Assembly (NCBI GenBank): GCA_049510745.1
Contig: JBEKYR010000009.1
Coordinates: 32,001-96,000, forward strand
DNA from: Verrucomicrobiota bacterium
GTDB lineage: Bacteria > Verrucomicrobiota > Verrucomicrobiia > Limisphaerales > Palsa-1400
Reading direction: 5' to 3'
Length of the DNA stretch: 64,000 bases
The position numbers and the translations under genes were made by a program. Shown one piece after another: positions 18,917 through 27,988 of this stretch; position 1 is the first letter of the stretch; each line of letters starts with the position of its first letter. Below the pieces are notes generated by a model. It was given only the letters and a program-made list of their open reading frames with translations. It was not told where the DNA came from and searched no databases.

Positions 18917-20938
18917 CTAAACCGCCAGGCCGGGTTTGGCGGTCAAGAGAATCTCCTTGCCTTTCTTCTTGCTGTTGACGGCAAGGTAAACGGCTCCGAT
19001 AACGATCCACAACAGGGAGAAACCGAGCGCAATGTAAGGCTCCTTAATACTCATGCCGGCGACGCCAAACGCCGGAATCGGGCCAAGCAAGTAGAACAAC
19101 ATGCAACCGAAGTTGGCCAGCAGGCCGAACACCGGGATGACCACGTGCTTGAATCCGTGGAAGGTGTGGTGCTCGCGGAAGGCCACAATGGCAACGATGC
19201 AGGTGGTCATATAGAGCAGGAACGTGCCGAAGTTGCTGATCAGCGTGATGATGAGCACACTGTTGGGCAGCGTCACATAAGCGTGCGGCGAGAAGATGCC
19301 GATGCTGTACCAGAAATTGTGCTTGTCCAAGGCTGCCAGGTCCGCGCTTTGACCGCCCAGATAGATCATGGTCGTCAGGATCCCGACGACGGTCGAGATC
19401 GCCACCAGGAACCAGACGGCGCGATGCGGGGAGAGTGTCCTGCCGTGCAACAGGCCGAACTGGGTGGGGACTTCCTCATCGCGGCCCATGGCATAAGTCA
19501 CGCGGGCGCCCGTGTTCATGCAGGAGAGGGTGGTGCCGATCAAGGCGAGAAAGACTGTGCCGGCCTGTATGAGCATGAAGGCCTTGCCGGCCGAATAACT
19601 GCCAAACGCCCAGGTGCCGACCAGAACCATCATGTCGCCAAGGGGCGCGCCGGAGGCGCCGGCATTGGAAATGGTGTAACCACTATTCAAGAAATAATTG
19701 GCCGCGAAATACTCGAACAGGTAACAAATCGCGCCTTGAATCGCCAAAGAGAGCAAGACAGCGCGCCCGATGTCCTTCTTCGGATTCTTGGCCTCCTCGC
19801 CCATGGCCGTGACCGACTCGAATCCGACCAGCAGAAGAATCGCCACGCAGGCCTGGACCAGGACCGAACTGAACGAATGGGGCGCCACGACGGACCCGGC
19901 GCTCGTGTGGTAATTAAACGTCTTCGGGTCTTGCGCGGTCCCCGCTCCGCTGATGGCGTCCGCAGGCTTATAGCTGAGGACGAAGGGGTCGGGGGTTGGT
20001 TTGCCATCTTTGTCCACAATCACGTTGCCCTTGTCGTCCGCCTTCCAGGCCGGATAGGGGTCGCCTTCGCCGAGGCCAAGGGCGGTCAAACCGGCCAGCT
20101 CGACGGTGTTCGTGTTCTTGGTCTTGTCCAAGTCATCCTTTGCCACCTGGCGGTCTTGCGTCTTATAGATGGGCTGCTTGGTTTTGTCATCCACCTTGGG
20201 CGTGTTGTCGGCCCAGGTGTCCTGGACCGGTTTGCCTTTGTCATCGGTGACCGTGACTTGAGCCACGTTGTAATTGACCGGTGTTCCGTTGGAGAGGTGC
20301 AAGCCAACCGAGCCGTCAGGATGACTGGAGCGATAGGCGATGGCCATGATGGAGAAGACGATCAGCGCGGAAATCTGGATGACGTTGATCGCCATATTGA
20401 CAGCGGTGGTGCCGTTGACGCCGCGGTAGGCGATGTAACCGACCCCGAGTGCGAACACGACGCAGAAGAGCCACATGAACAAAGGACTGTTGTAGGTTCC
20501 GCTGAAGGTGCTTGGCATCAACTGGCCGGCCAGCCAGCCGGCCAGAATGGCAGTCACACCGACCATCAATCCGGTATAAATCCAGTAATACAGGTGGCTG
20601 TTCCAGCCGGTGAAAAACTTGATGAGGCGCGCCCACTTGAAGGCTTTCGATTTGGAGAGGAAGGCCTGCTCGGCGTAAAGGTAGGAAGAGCCGGCGCCGG
20701 GATAGAGTTTTGACAACTCCGAATAGCTCATGGCGGTGGCGAAGCACAAGACCAGCGCGAACACGATTCCGATCCACATGGCGCATCCCGCCATGGGCGC
20801 GCCGTAGAGGGATTGCTCCTGGTAGGTCAGCCACAAAAAGGCGCCCGGCGCGATGAGCGCCATGGCGTTTATGGTGAGACCGGTCAATCCCAACGTCGGT
20901 TTCATCTCGGTTTTGGGTGGTGGTGATGCGTTAGACAT
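18917..20938 (-). CDS. APC-family permease with a large hydrophilic loop insertion
   Basis: ALIAPG, YSELSKLYPGAGSSYLY, GFESVTAMGEEAKNP, RVTYAMGRD; about 12 TM. Confidence 0.9.
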   Translation of the reverse strand: MSNASPPPKTEMKPTLGLTGLTINAMALIAPGAFLWLTYQEQSLYGAPMAGCAMWIGIVFALVLCFATAMSYSELSKLYPGAGSSYLYAEQAFLSKSKAFKWARLIKFFTGWNSHLYYWIYTGLMVGVTAILAGWLAGQLMPSTFSGTYNSPLFMWLFCVVFALGVGYIAYRGVNGTTAVNMAINVIQISALIVFSIMAIAYRSSHPDGSVGLHLSNGTPVNYNVAQVTVTDDKGKPVQDTWADNTPKVDDKTKQPIYKTQDRQVAKDDLDKTKNTNTVELAGLTALGLGEGDPYPAWKADDKGNVIVDKDGKPTPDPFVLSYKPADAISGAGTAQDPKTFNYHTSAGSVVAPHSFSSVLVQACVAILLLVGFESVTAMGEEAKNPKKDIGRAVLLSLAIQGAICYLFEYFAANYFLNSGYTISNAGASGAPLGDMMVLVGTWAFGSYSAGKAFMLIQAGTVFLALIGTTLSCMNTGARVTYAMGRDEEVPTQFGLLHGRTLSPHRAVWFLVAISTVVGILTTMIYLGGQSADLAALDKHNFWYSIGIFSPHAYVTLPNSVLIITLISNFGTFLLYMTTCIVAIVAFREHHTFHGFKHVVIPVFGLLANFGCMLFYLLGPIPAFGVAGMSIKEPYIALGFSLLWIVIGAVYLAVNSKKKGKEILLTAKPGLAV

Positions 20939-21004
20939 ATTTTTTTAGTACTTTTTTAATGTTTTTGTTGTTTCTCACGATTATTGCGCTACCGAAATCC
21001 CCTT

Positions 21005-21020
21005 AGCAGTTGAGATGCCA
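21005..21020 (-). promoter_or_regulatory. sigma54 -24/-12 promoter upstream of the APC permease
   Basis: Minus strand TGGCATCTCAACTGCT = GG-N10-GC, about 66 nt before the ATG. Confidence 0.65.
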
Positions 21021-21203
21021 TCCTGATTGGCCGCTGGAAGATGCAGGCTGCCGATCCAGCGGGAATTGTGGTTAATCCCTCGCAGGAAACACATTAAGAA
21101 AGTATAAAGAAGACTTTCGCCGGGCGGAGTCCACGAGTGGGGAAAGTCGCTTTTTGCCCACTTTGGTTAAAAGAGGGACGCCAGAAATCGCCAATGCCCC
21201 GAT

Positions 21204-21223
21204 TGAGCCAAACCCCTGAGAAT
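21204..21223 (+). repeat. 20-bp direct repeat, left copy
   Basis: TGAGCCAAACCCCTGAGAAT, identical to 23935-23954. Confidence 0.85.
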
Positions 21224-21328
21224 CAGTTTGACTCATTTGGACAGGCCCCAAATTTGGGTTCGTTTGGCACAAATGCCGTTCTGCGCTCCAGGCAAAGATG
21301 GGTTCGTTTGGCAAAAATTGTTTTTCGC

Positions 21329-21454
21329 TCATGGACTTTCCGAAAGCTCCAGCGTGATTGGCGGCGGAACGGCCTCGCCCTAGCGCAGGCGCTGCAACCG
21401 CTCCAATTGATTCATGGCGCGATACAACTGGCGCTCCAGCTTGGTCTCGTAGCA
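21329..21454 (-). pseudogene. C-terminal remnant of a hypothetical protein with an internal stop
   Basis: Own translation CYETKLERQLYRAMNQLERLQRLR*GEAVPPPITLELSESP*, followed by two CCAAACGAACCCA motifs. Confidence 0.55.
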
Positions 21455-21475
21455 ACACGGGGATGGGACATCACC

Positions 21476-23728
21476 TCAAGGCGGGGTTTCTAATCGGCCA
21501 CGATAAGTCTGCAAGTCGGCATCCGTCACTTCTTTGGGCGCAACGAGTTTGTAATGTTTTTCGGACGAAATGGTGACACCGTTTTCGCCGGATTCGAATT
21601 CGAAAAGTGCGATGACCCCTGCGTCCATGAATTGGGCCGCGACGGGTCTGCAAACCAACAGAGGGAACTTCGCCGCACAAACAGCAAAGTCTTGCTCGAT
21701 CTGCACAATGCTGAGTTTATCCTTGCCGCCTTTGGCTTGGATCGGGAAAACATAGTGCGCGCCCTTCTTGTCCACGCCGATGTAAATTTCATCAGTTTCG
21801 ACCTGGCCCATTTCGGGAACGGTGGTGCGGAGGTGGTTCTGTAGTGAATAGCAGGTGACGCCGCTGAAGATGTCCACGAGGCGGTTGTATCTCACTTTGG
21901 CAAGAAGCGCTTGTTCGTCGTTGAAAGCGTACTTGGCGACGATCCCTGGCGTGGCGTCAGGCACTTTTGTAATCGCCATGAGTTCGTTTGGAAGAATTGG
22001 CGTGTTTTTAACCAGCACGAAACTGTATTTGCCGCGCCCACTCGGGCGGATAATCCAAATCTCCTCCGGGCCGGCAAGGGAAACAATCGTTTCCGGCAGC
22101 ATCGCCCGATACCGAAAGCTGTAAACCAAGTCACCGAGATTCTTTGGCAGCTTAACTTTGAGTTTGGAGGCGAACTTCTCCATCTCCTCCCGCTCAAACG
22201 GAACCTCTCGCATCCCCGCTTCATATCTCGAAAAGAAGATCTTTTCAATGATAGCCGAGTACCGGTTGGCCTTTTTAGTCAAGGCTCTGGAAGGTTTGTC
22301 TTTCCTGCTCATACTCATTTCAGTGGGTTCTTCTTTCATGGTCATAACGCACGTGTTTGGTTGAGGCCAGCCGCTAATTCTGGGTGGTCCGGGCCATCGG
22401 AGGATGACAACCTCTTCGCGAAGTTGCTCTTTGGTGGCAGTCGCCAGCCTGGTTCGGAACAAATCAATGCCGACGATTTCGTATCCGGCGGACTTTGCGA
22501 GATCGGCCAAAAGTTGGCCGGTCCTTATCATGACTCTCAAATACGATGCCTGATCGCCCACGACGTACGCCAACTGCGCCCCAGGGCGGAGAACCGGACG
22601 AAGGTCCACAAGATGACGGAGCATGCCCCCGAAATAAAGTTTTGTGACACGCGCATATAGCCGCTCAAATCCAGACGTCTTGCCGAGTTCGATTCGGCGG
22701 GTTTCAATGGCCTCTGAGATCCGCTGAATCTCGTCATGGTTTTCAACCAGGCGGTCGTCCGTATCACTTTTGTAAACGCTTCGGGTGTTTGAGCGGACCA
22801 GGTTTTGCTTGAGTCGGCGGAGATCATCTTTGCTCTTGATGAAACCAAGCAGCACCGATTCGAGGCGTGTCGTCCGAGTATAATCTTTTTCGTTTGGATA
22901 CGGTGGAGACGTTATGACGGCATCAATCGAACCTGGCCGCAAAAGCAAGGCCAAATCCCGGGCATCGGCTTGATGAACGGTTGCCGGGGTTGCCGCTCTC
23001 TGATTTAATTTTCTTAAATCGCCCGCAATGGTTCTCACCCCACGCAGCCAGGGATCGACAACGGCAGCGTCCGGTTTCTTTGAGCCAACGCCTATCTCCG
23101 GGCCGAAATGCAAATTGCTAATCTCATTTACCAAAGCTTTGGCGAGTGCGAGGTGCTCGTGCGCAATCAGTCGTGGGTCCTTGTTTTCCTCCAGTGTTTC
23201 CAAGAGCAACATTGTTTTATGGAGCGGCAGGGGGCTGATCGAATCGGTCAATAGCAGCTTCAGGACATCGGGGGAAAGTGTTTTGAGCTTTGGATCAATC
23301 CTTTGCATCGTCCCAAACAGCGGAAGCCGCTCTTGATCCTCGATTCCTTCGCCCGACAACTTGTCCAACGCGAGCTTCGCGACATGAGTGGCATGGGCGA
23401 TCAACTCATCCGGATTCACGTCCCAGTCCACTTTCGTTCGGCTGGCGAACGAGGCCATCGGATTGGGTTCAACGCCACAACTTGGAAATCCGAGTTTCTT
23501 GCATTCGACCAGAGTGGTGCCCGTCCCGCAAAACGGGTCCAAAACGGTGCAGTTTGGCTCCAATCCAAAACGGTCCAAATAAGTTCTGACGAAATGCGCC
23601 GGAAAGGAGAGAACAAAGCGATACCAGTCATGCGCCGCGCGATCCTCCAGGCGAAGCTTGTTGTCCTCGCGAGGAGTCTGCAAAAGGGCGATCCGCTCGT
23701 CTCGCACCGCTAAACCGGTTAGATTCAT
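21476..23728 (-). CDS. Amino-MTase (SPPY, probably N4-mC) fused in frame to a putative type II restriction endonuclease
   Basis: DPFCGTGTT (motif I) before ITSPPY (motif IV); after EEVVILRWPG a linker and a domain with ETDEIY...PIQAKG (PD-(D/E)xK-like); lower GC. Confidence 0.82.
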   Translation of the reverse strand: MNLTGLAVRDERIALLQTPREDNKLRLEDRAAHDWYRFVLSFPAHFVRTYLDRFGLEPNCTVLDPFCGTGTTLVECKKLGFPSCGVEPNPMASFASRTKVDWDVNPDELIAHATHVAKLALDKLSGEGIEDQERLPLFGTMQRIDPKLKTLSPDVLKLLLTDSISPLPLHKTMLLLETLEENKDPRLIAHEHLALAKALVNEISNLHFGPEIGVGSKKPDAAVVDPWLRGVRTIAGDLRKLNQRAATPATVHQADARDLALLLRPGSIDAVITSPPYPNEKDYTRTTRLESVLLGFIKSKDDLRRLKQNLVRSNTRSVYKSDTDDRLVENHDEIQRISEAIETRRIELGKTSGFERLYARVTKLYFGGMLRHLVDLRPVLRPGAQLAYVVGDQASYLRVMIRTGQLLADLAKSAGYEIVGIDLFRTRLATATKEQLREEVVILRWPGPPRISGWPQPNTCVMTMKEEPTEMSMSRKDKPSRALTKKANRYSAIIEKIFFSRYEAGMREVPFEREEMEKFASKLKVKLPKNLGDLVYSFRYRAMLPETIVSLAGPEEIWIIRPSGRGKYSFVLVKNTPILPNELMAITKVPDATPGIVAKYAFNDEQALLAKVRYNRLVDIFSGVTCYSLQNHLRTTVPEMGQVETDEIYIGVDKKGAHYVFPIQAKGGKDKLSIVQIEQDFAVCAAKFPLLVCRPVAAQFMDAGVIALFEFESGENGVTISSEKHYKLVAPKEVTDADLQTYRGRLETPP

Positions 23729-23934
23729 CGTGCCGACGGTACCTTAGTTAAAAGTACAGGTTTCCGCCAGCGATTTGATTTTGTCAAATTCGCAATTGCA
23801 ATCCGGTCCCGGCACACCGTGTCAGAGCCGGGCGATCATAAACCGGACGCTGCTTTCAATGAGCCATCATCGGGGAATTCTTGATGAAACCGCCGGCAGT
23901 GTGCCAAAAACAATCTGATGTCGCATGACCCGGA

Positions 23935-23954
23935 TGAGCCAAACCCCTGAGAAT
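23935..23954 (+). repeat. 20-bp direct repeat, right copy
   Basis: TGAGCCAAACCCCTGAGAAT, abutting the USP stop codon. Confidence 0.85.
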
Positions 23955-24466
23955 TAAGCGGCTGCGGCTCTTTGCCCGACGTCCGCGAAGGCGCAAACCT
24001 CCTCGGAGACCGGCCTGTATTGCGGCGCCAAGGATTGTGGCGCGCCCTTCCCAGGGTGCGGCAGGACGACCGTCGGACACGGCGCGGAGTGGACGACCTC
24101 TTGCGTGGTGCCGCGCCGGAACAAGCGCAGCCCTTTGGCGGATTTCGGACCGCACAGGACAATCATATCCGCCGAAGCCGCCCTGGCCTCGGCGACGATC
24201 TCGGCCGCGGGTTTGCCGACGCGCACCGTGACGCGGACGGCTTGATCGGCCCCGAAGAAGAGCCTGGCCAGCTTCCGCAGCGCCGCCTCGCCTTCGGCGC
24301 AAAGCTGATCATAGACAGTTTGCTGGGCGGGGGCGATATTGAGATCGACGACATGGAGCAAGGTGACGCAGAGAGGGGTCTCCATCGCCATGTTTTGCAC
24401 GAAGACCAAGGCGCGGGCCGACCCGCGCAGCAGGTCCACCGGAACTAGAATGCGTTTGCTATTCAT
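23954..24466 (-). CDS. Universal stress protein
   Basis: RILVPVD, LLHVV, GKPAAEIV, ADMIVL, VVHSAPCPTVVL. Confidence 0.88.
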   Translation of the reverse strand: MNSKRILVPVDLLRGSARALVFVQNMAMETPLCVTLLHVVDLNIAPAQQTVYDQLCAEGEAALRKLARLFFGADQAVRVTVRVGKPAAEIVAEARAASADMIVLCGPKSAKGLRLFRRGTTQEVVHSAPCPTVVLPHPGKGAPQSLAPQYRPVSEEVCAFADVGQRAAAA

Positions 24467-24554
24467 GCGGCCAACCTACCGCCGGGACCGGGGAAGTGGT
24501 AATAAAAAGGCCGCAACTTCCCGTTAAAATTGCGTTAAAGAAAGGTCCGGCGGC

Positions 24555-25586
24555 TCACTTTGAAAAGTGGTGCCAGAGCAAAAAAAAGAGCAGGACTTGC
24601 AGGGCCAAGGGCACCGTAATCCAAAGGGTCATGGAGCGAATCTTCGGCCAGCGCCGCTTCCACGGCGTGGAGGGTTCCAGGCGCTCACATCTTCCGGTGA
24701 CTTTGACCCGCTGCGGGGCCTCCAATTCCTCCTTCATCGCCGCCGCCGCCGGGTAGCGTTTCTCCGGCTCCCGCTCCATCGCGCGCAACACAATTTCCTC
24801 GGCTTGCGGTGAAATGGCCGGATGGAGCTTGCGGGGCGCCACGGGATCGCCGGTCACGCGGCCGTCCATGATGACGGTAATGTCCTGGTCGTTGAACGCA
24901 ATCACTCCGGTCAGCATCTCGTACAACATCGCGCCCAGGCTGTAAATGTCGGTGCGGGCGTCGCCGCGTTTGCCCTGGACCCGTTCGGGGGCCATATAGT
25001 GGGGAGTTCCGGGCGCAAAACCGATGAAAGTGAGGCGGCTGGCGCCGGGCCAGTGCGCAATCCCAAAATCCATGAGCCGGATCGAGCCGTCGTCGCAGAG
25101 CATGATGTTTTCGGGCTTGAGATCGCGGTGGAGGATGTTGCGCTCGTGCAGGTATTGCAGGGCGTCGCAAATCCGGGCGGCCAGGGCCAGCGCTTCGGAT
25201 TCCGGCAGGCGTCCACCGCGCTCCCGCAACGCCTGGTACAGGGTCATCCCGCTGAGGAATTCGGCCACGAGATACGGGCGGCTCTTGTCCTTGACATTGA
25301 TGAACTTGAGAATCGAGGGATGATCCAGCGCCGCGCCCATTTCCTCTTCGCGCTGGAAACGGGTGAAGGTTGCCACGTCCATTTCGAACTGTTCATGCGG
25401 GACTTTCAGGATCACCGCTTCATCGTGACGATCCCGGTCCCGCGCCTGGAAAATCGTGGCCATGCCGCCGCGGCAGATGACGCCGGTAATCTCGAACCGT
25501 CCGTCCAATACGGCGCCCGGCCCCAGGGCGCCGTTGGCGGCGGCGTCCGGGTCCGGTCCGGTCGTTGGCGGTGCGCCCAATTTCAC
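24555..25586 (-). CDS. Ser/Thr protein kinase with C-terminal TM anchor
   Basis: RGGMA, VILK, HRDLKPEN, DFG, GTPHYMAPE; paralogous to the kinase domain of 17031-18821. Confidence 0.92.
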   Translation of the reverse strand: MKLGAPPTTGPDPDAAANGALGPGAVLDGRFEITGVICRGGMATIFQARDRDRHDEAVILKVPHEQFEMDVATFTRFQREEEMGAALDHPSILKFINVKDKSRPYLVAEFLSGMTLYQALRERGGRLPESEALALAARICDALQYLHERNILHRDLKPENIMLCDDGSIRLMDFGIAHWPGASRLTFIGFAPGTPHYMAPERVQGKRGDARTDIYSLGAMLYEMLTGVIAFNDQDITVIMDGRVTGDPVAPRKLHPAISPQAEEIVLRAMEREPEKRYPAAAAMKEELEAPQRVKVTGRCERLEPSTPWKRRWPKIRSMTLWITVPLALQVLLFFLLWHHFSK

Positions 25587-25655
25587 GCGTGGGACTGTGG
25601 ACGCCCGCCGGCGGAAGGATAAGTAAAAACCGGGCCTTGCCGCGTAAAAAATTCA

Positions 25656-27968
25656 TCAATGCGACAGCACGGCGCGGTAAAATTGGACACGCGAGCCGGC
25701 CGTCAGCAGAAAATGGGCGTTGGGGCCGGCCAGCGTATTGGTGCTGGCGGAGGTCCAGCGCAAAAGGTTCGTCGATGACTGCAAAAGAAAGGTCCGGCCA
25801 ATTTCCCCGTTCACCCAGAATTCGAATTGCCCGTCGGTCCGCGGCTCTCCGGGCGTGAGGCTCAACGCGGAACTGGGAGGGAGGACCAGAAGGGTGATGC
25901 TTTGGCCGGGCACCGTCGTTTGCAGGGCGCCGTTGCTGTAGATCAAATTGCCCAGGCGCGCGATCACATTGCCGGCGTTGACCTGCCACACCTGCGCCGT
26001 CCCGTTGCCGGTGAAGTTGGTCATGTGGACGGCCAGGGGCGTCGTGCCCGTCAAGTATTTACTGACCAGCATGACCGTCAGCGCCTCGTCGGCGGAACGC
26101 TGCGCCGCGAAGACCGCGACGTCGTCGGGATTCGGCCCGCCCGCCAGCACGCTGGTGTCGCCGAAGGCGTGGCCCTGGCTGTCGTAATTGCGGTACATTT
26201 TCATCGCCAGGTAAGTCGGGGTGTTGCTGGCGGGAGTTGTCCAGCGAGTGGCCAGGTCCAATCCCTGCCGTCCGAAGATGCCCAGGATGTCCGCCTGGGC
26301 GGTGGCGCCGCTGAGGTCAGGCTCGGCGCCCCAGTTGTATTCGGTGATGCCGATTTTGGTGCCGGGATAATAGGCCGCCACCCAGCTTTTCATCCGGGGG
26401 ATCAGCATGATCACGCTGTTGATCCAACTGGGGTCCACATAGTTCGAATCCCAGAACTGGCGCGTGGACTGGTTGCGCAGCAGCTCCGTCGAAGTGGAGA
26501 CATCGTTCCCGCCCACCTCGCCTTCCTGCGGGTAGCAATGCAGCGTGAAATAATCCAGGAGCCGCCGCCCTGTGTTGGTGTCGTGCTGGTGAAGCTGGTT
26601 GAGCAGCCAGGGCATGTAATCCCAGCCGCCGTTGGTCGCGCGGTCGGGATAGTCTGCCGGGTTGTAATCGTTGTGTTGACCGGACCATTGCTGGTCGTAG
26701 CCGCTGTAAAAATAGCCCGGCCAACCCCACTCTTCCGGCCCCAAAACCAGCGCCTGGGGGTCGAGGCTCTTGACCATTGAGGCGTAGGCCACGATTTTCC
26801 CATAGATTTCCTGCATGGTCGCTCCCACCGGATGAATGTCCTGGTGGGTCGAATGCCAGAGGCTGTGTTCGTTATCCATGATGTAGTAGGCGACTCCGCC
26901 ATTGGTGGACACGCCCCAGGCGTTGGTCAGATGTTGCACGTAGGCCCTCTGAAAATTGGTATCCACCGCTATGTAGGAGTCGTTTGGATTGTTCCAGGTA
27001 ATCGGGGTGTCGTTGGTGACGCTGACGCCGTTGCCGGCATCGGTAAAGTAGGGATCGTCACCCGTCTGCGGGCCGTATTTGGCGATGGAATAACTGGGGA
27101 GAATGGCCCGGTTAAGTCCCAATTTCGGCCCCCAGCTGATCATCGGAATGGTGATCAATGCCTGCGCGCCCGCCGTCCGGCTGTCGGCCACGACCGAGTC
27201 CGCCGCCTCGCCCGGTGTGGCGGAGCTGTCGGGATAGCTCTCAAAATACCAATCGGCCCCCTTGCCATGGGCATTGATCTCCCAATTATAGGTCGATTCT
27301 TCGTTTCCGCCCGACCGGTTCAGGGTGAAGTTCAAGTCCGCCAATTGACCGGACGTGGCAAACGCCACGCCGTAGATCAACGGGCTGATCGGGCTGCGAT
27401 TGGCGCCGGCATCGATGCCGATGTAATTCGTCGGGTTCGGCCCCGGCGGCGGCCCGGCCACGAGCACCATGTCATCCACATAAAAGGTCGGGATGGTGTT
27501 GCCGGTGTTGTTGTAAATCCAAAACCCGTCCAAATTCGGCTCATTGGCCACACCCAAAGCCGCCAGAGAGACGGTAAATTGCTGCCAGGTGTTGGCGGCC
27601 AGGGCCGGGAGCGGATAAAGGGACTGGCTGGCCCCGCCGAGCGTCCCCGTCACCGTCAGGACCTGCCCGCCGGACGGCCCGCCATTGAGCCAAAAGGTGA
27701 GGTTTGTGAAAAGGGTCGAATCAAAATCCGAATGCTCGACATAAAGGGCTGTGTAACTGGCGCAGGAGACGCTGATCGAGTTGGAGAAGCCTGCCAGCAC
27801 GGGATTGGTGCAGCTCAAGTAATTGCTCGCCCAACTCCAATTGGCCCACCCATTTTGCAGGCTGTTGGCATAAACGGTCTCATTGGATTGCGCCCGCGCC
27901 TCCGGGACGGCCATGCCGGCCAGACCCAGAGCGGTCAATATGAAAAAACCTCGAATCTTCCGCCTCAT
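25656..27968 (-). CDS. GH44 endoglucanase/xyloglucanase with N-terminal CBM-like module
   Basis: Signal peptide; ISPLIYGV, RSGGN..STYNW, MDNEHSLWHSTH, GPEEWGW, LHCYPQ, ITEYNWG; C-terminal LQSSTNLLRW...FYRA tail. Confidence 0.88.
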   Translation of the reverse strand: MRRKIRGFFILTALGLAGMAVPEARAQSNETVYANSLQNGWANWSWASNYLSCTNPVLAGFSNSISVSCASYTALYVEHSDFDSTLFTNLTFWLNGGPSGGQVLTVTGTLGGASQSLYPLPALAANTWQQFTVSLAALGVANEPNLDGFWIYNNTGNTIPTFYVDDMVLVAGPPPGPNPTNYIGIDAGANRSPISPLIYGVAFATSGQLADLNFTLNRSGGNEESTYNWEINAHGKGADWYFESYPDSSATPGEAADSVVADSRTAGAQALITIPMISWGPKLGLNRAILPSYSIAKYGPQTGDDPYFTDAGNGVSVTNDTPITWNNPNDSYIAVDTNFQRAYVQHLTNAWGVSTNGGVAYYIMDNEHSLWHSTHQDIHPVGATMQEIYGKIVAYASMVKSLDPQALVLGPEEWGWPGYFYSGYDQQWSGQHNDYNPADYPDRATNGGWDYMPWLLNQLHQHDTNTGRRLLDYFTLHCYPQEGEVGGNDVSTSTELLRNQSTRQFWDSNYVDPSWINSVIMLIPRMKSWVAAYYPGTKIGITEYNWGAEPDLSGATAQADILGIFGRQGLDLATRWTTPASNTPTYLAMKMYRNYDSQGHAFGDTSVLAGGPNPDDVAVFAAQRSADEALTVMLVSKYLTGTTPLAVHMTNFTGNGTAQVWQVNAGNVIARLGNLIYSNGALQTTVPGQSITLLVLPPSSALSLTPGEPRTDGQFEFWVNGEIGRTFLLQSSTNLLRWTSASTNTLAGPNAHFLLTAGSRVQFYRAVLSH

Positions 27969-27988
27969 GTCATTGATAATCGCTCAAT

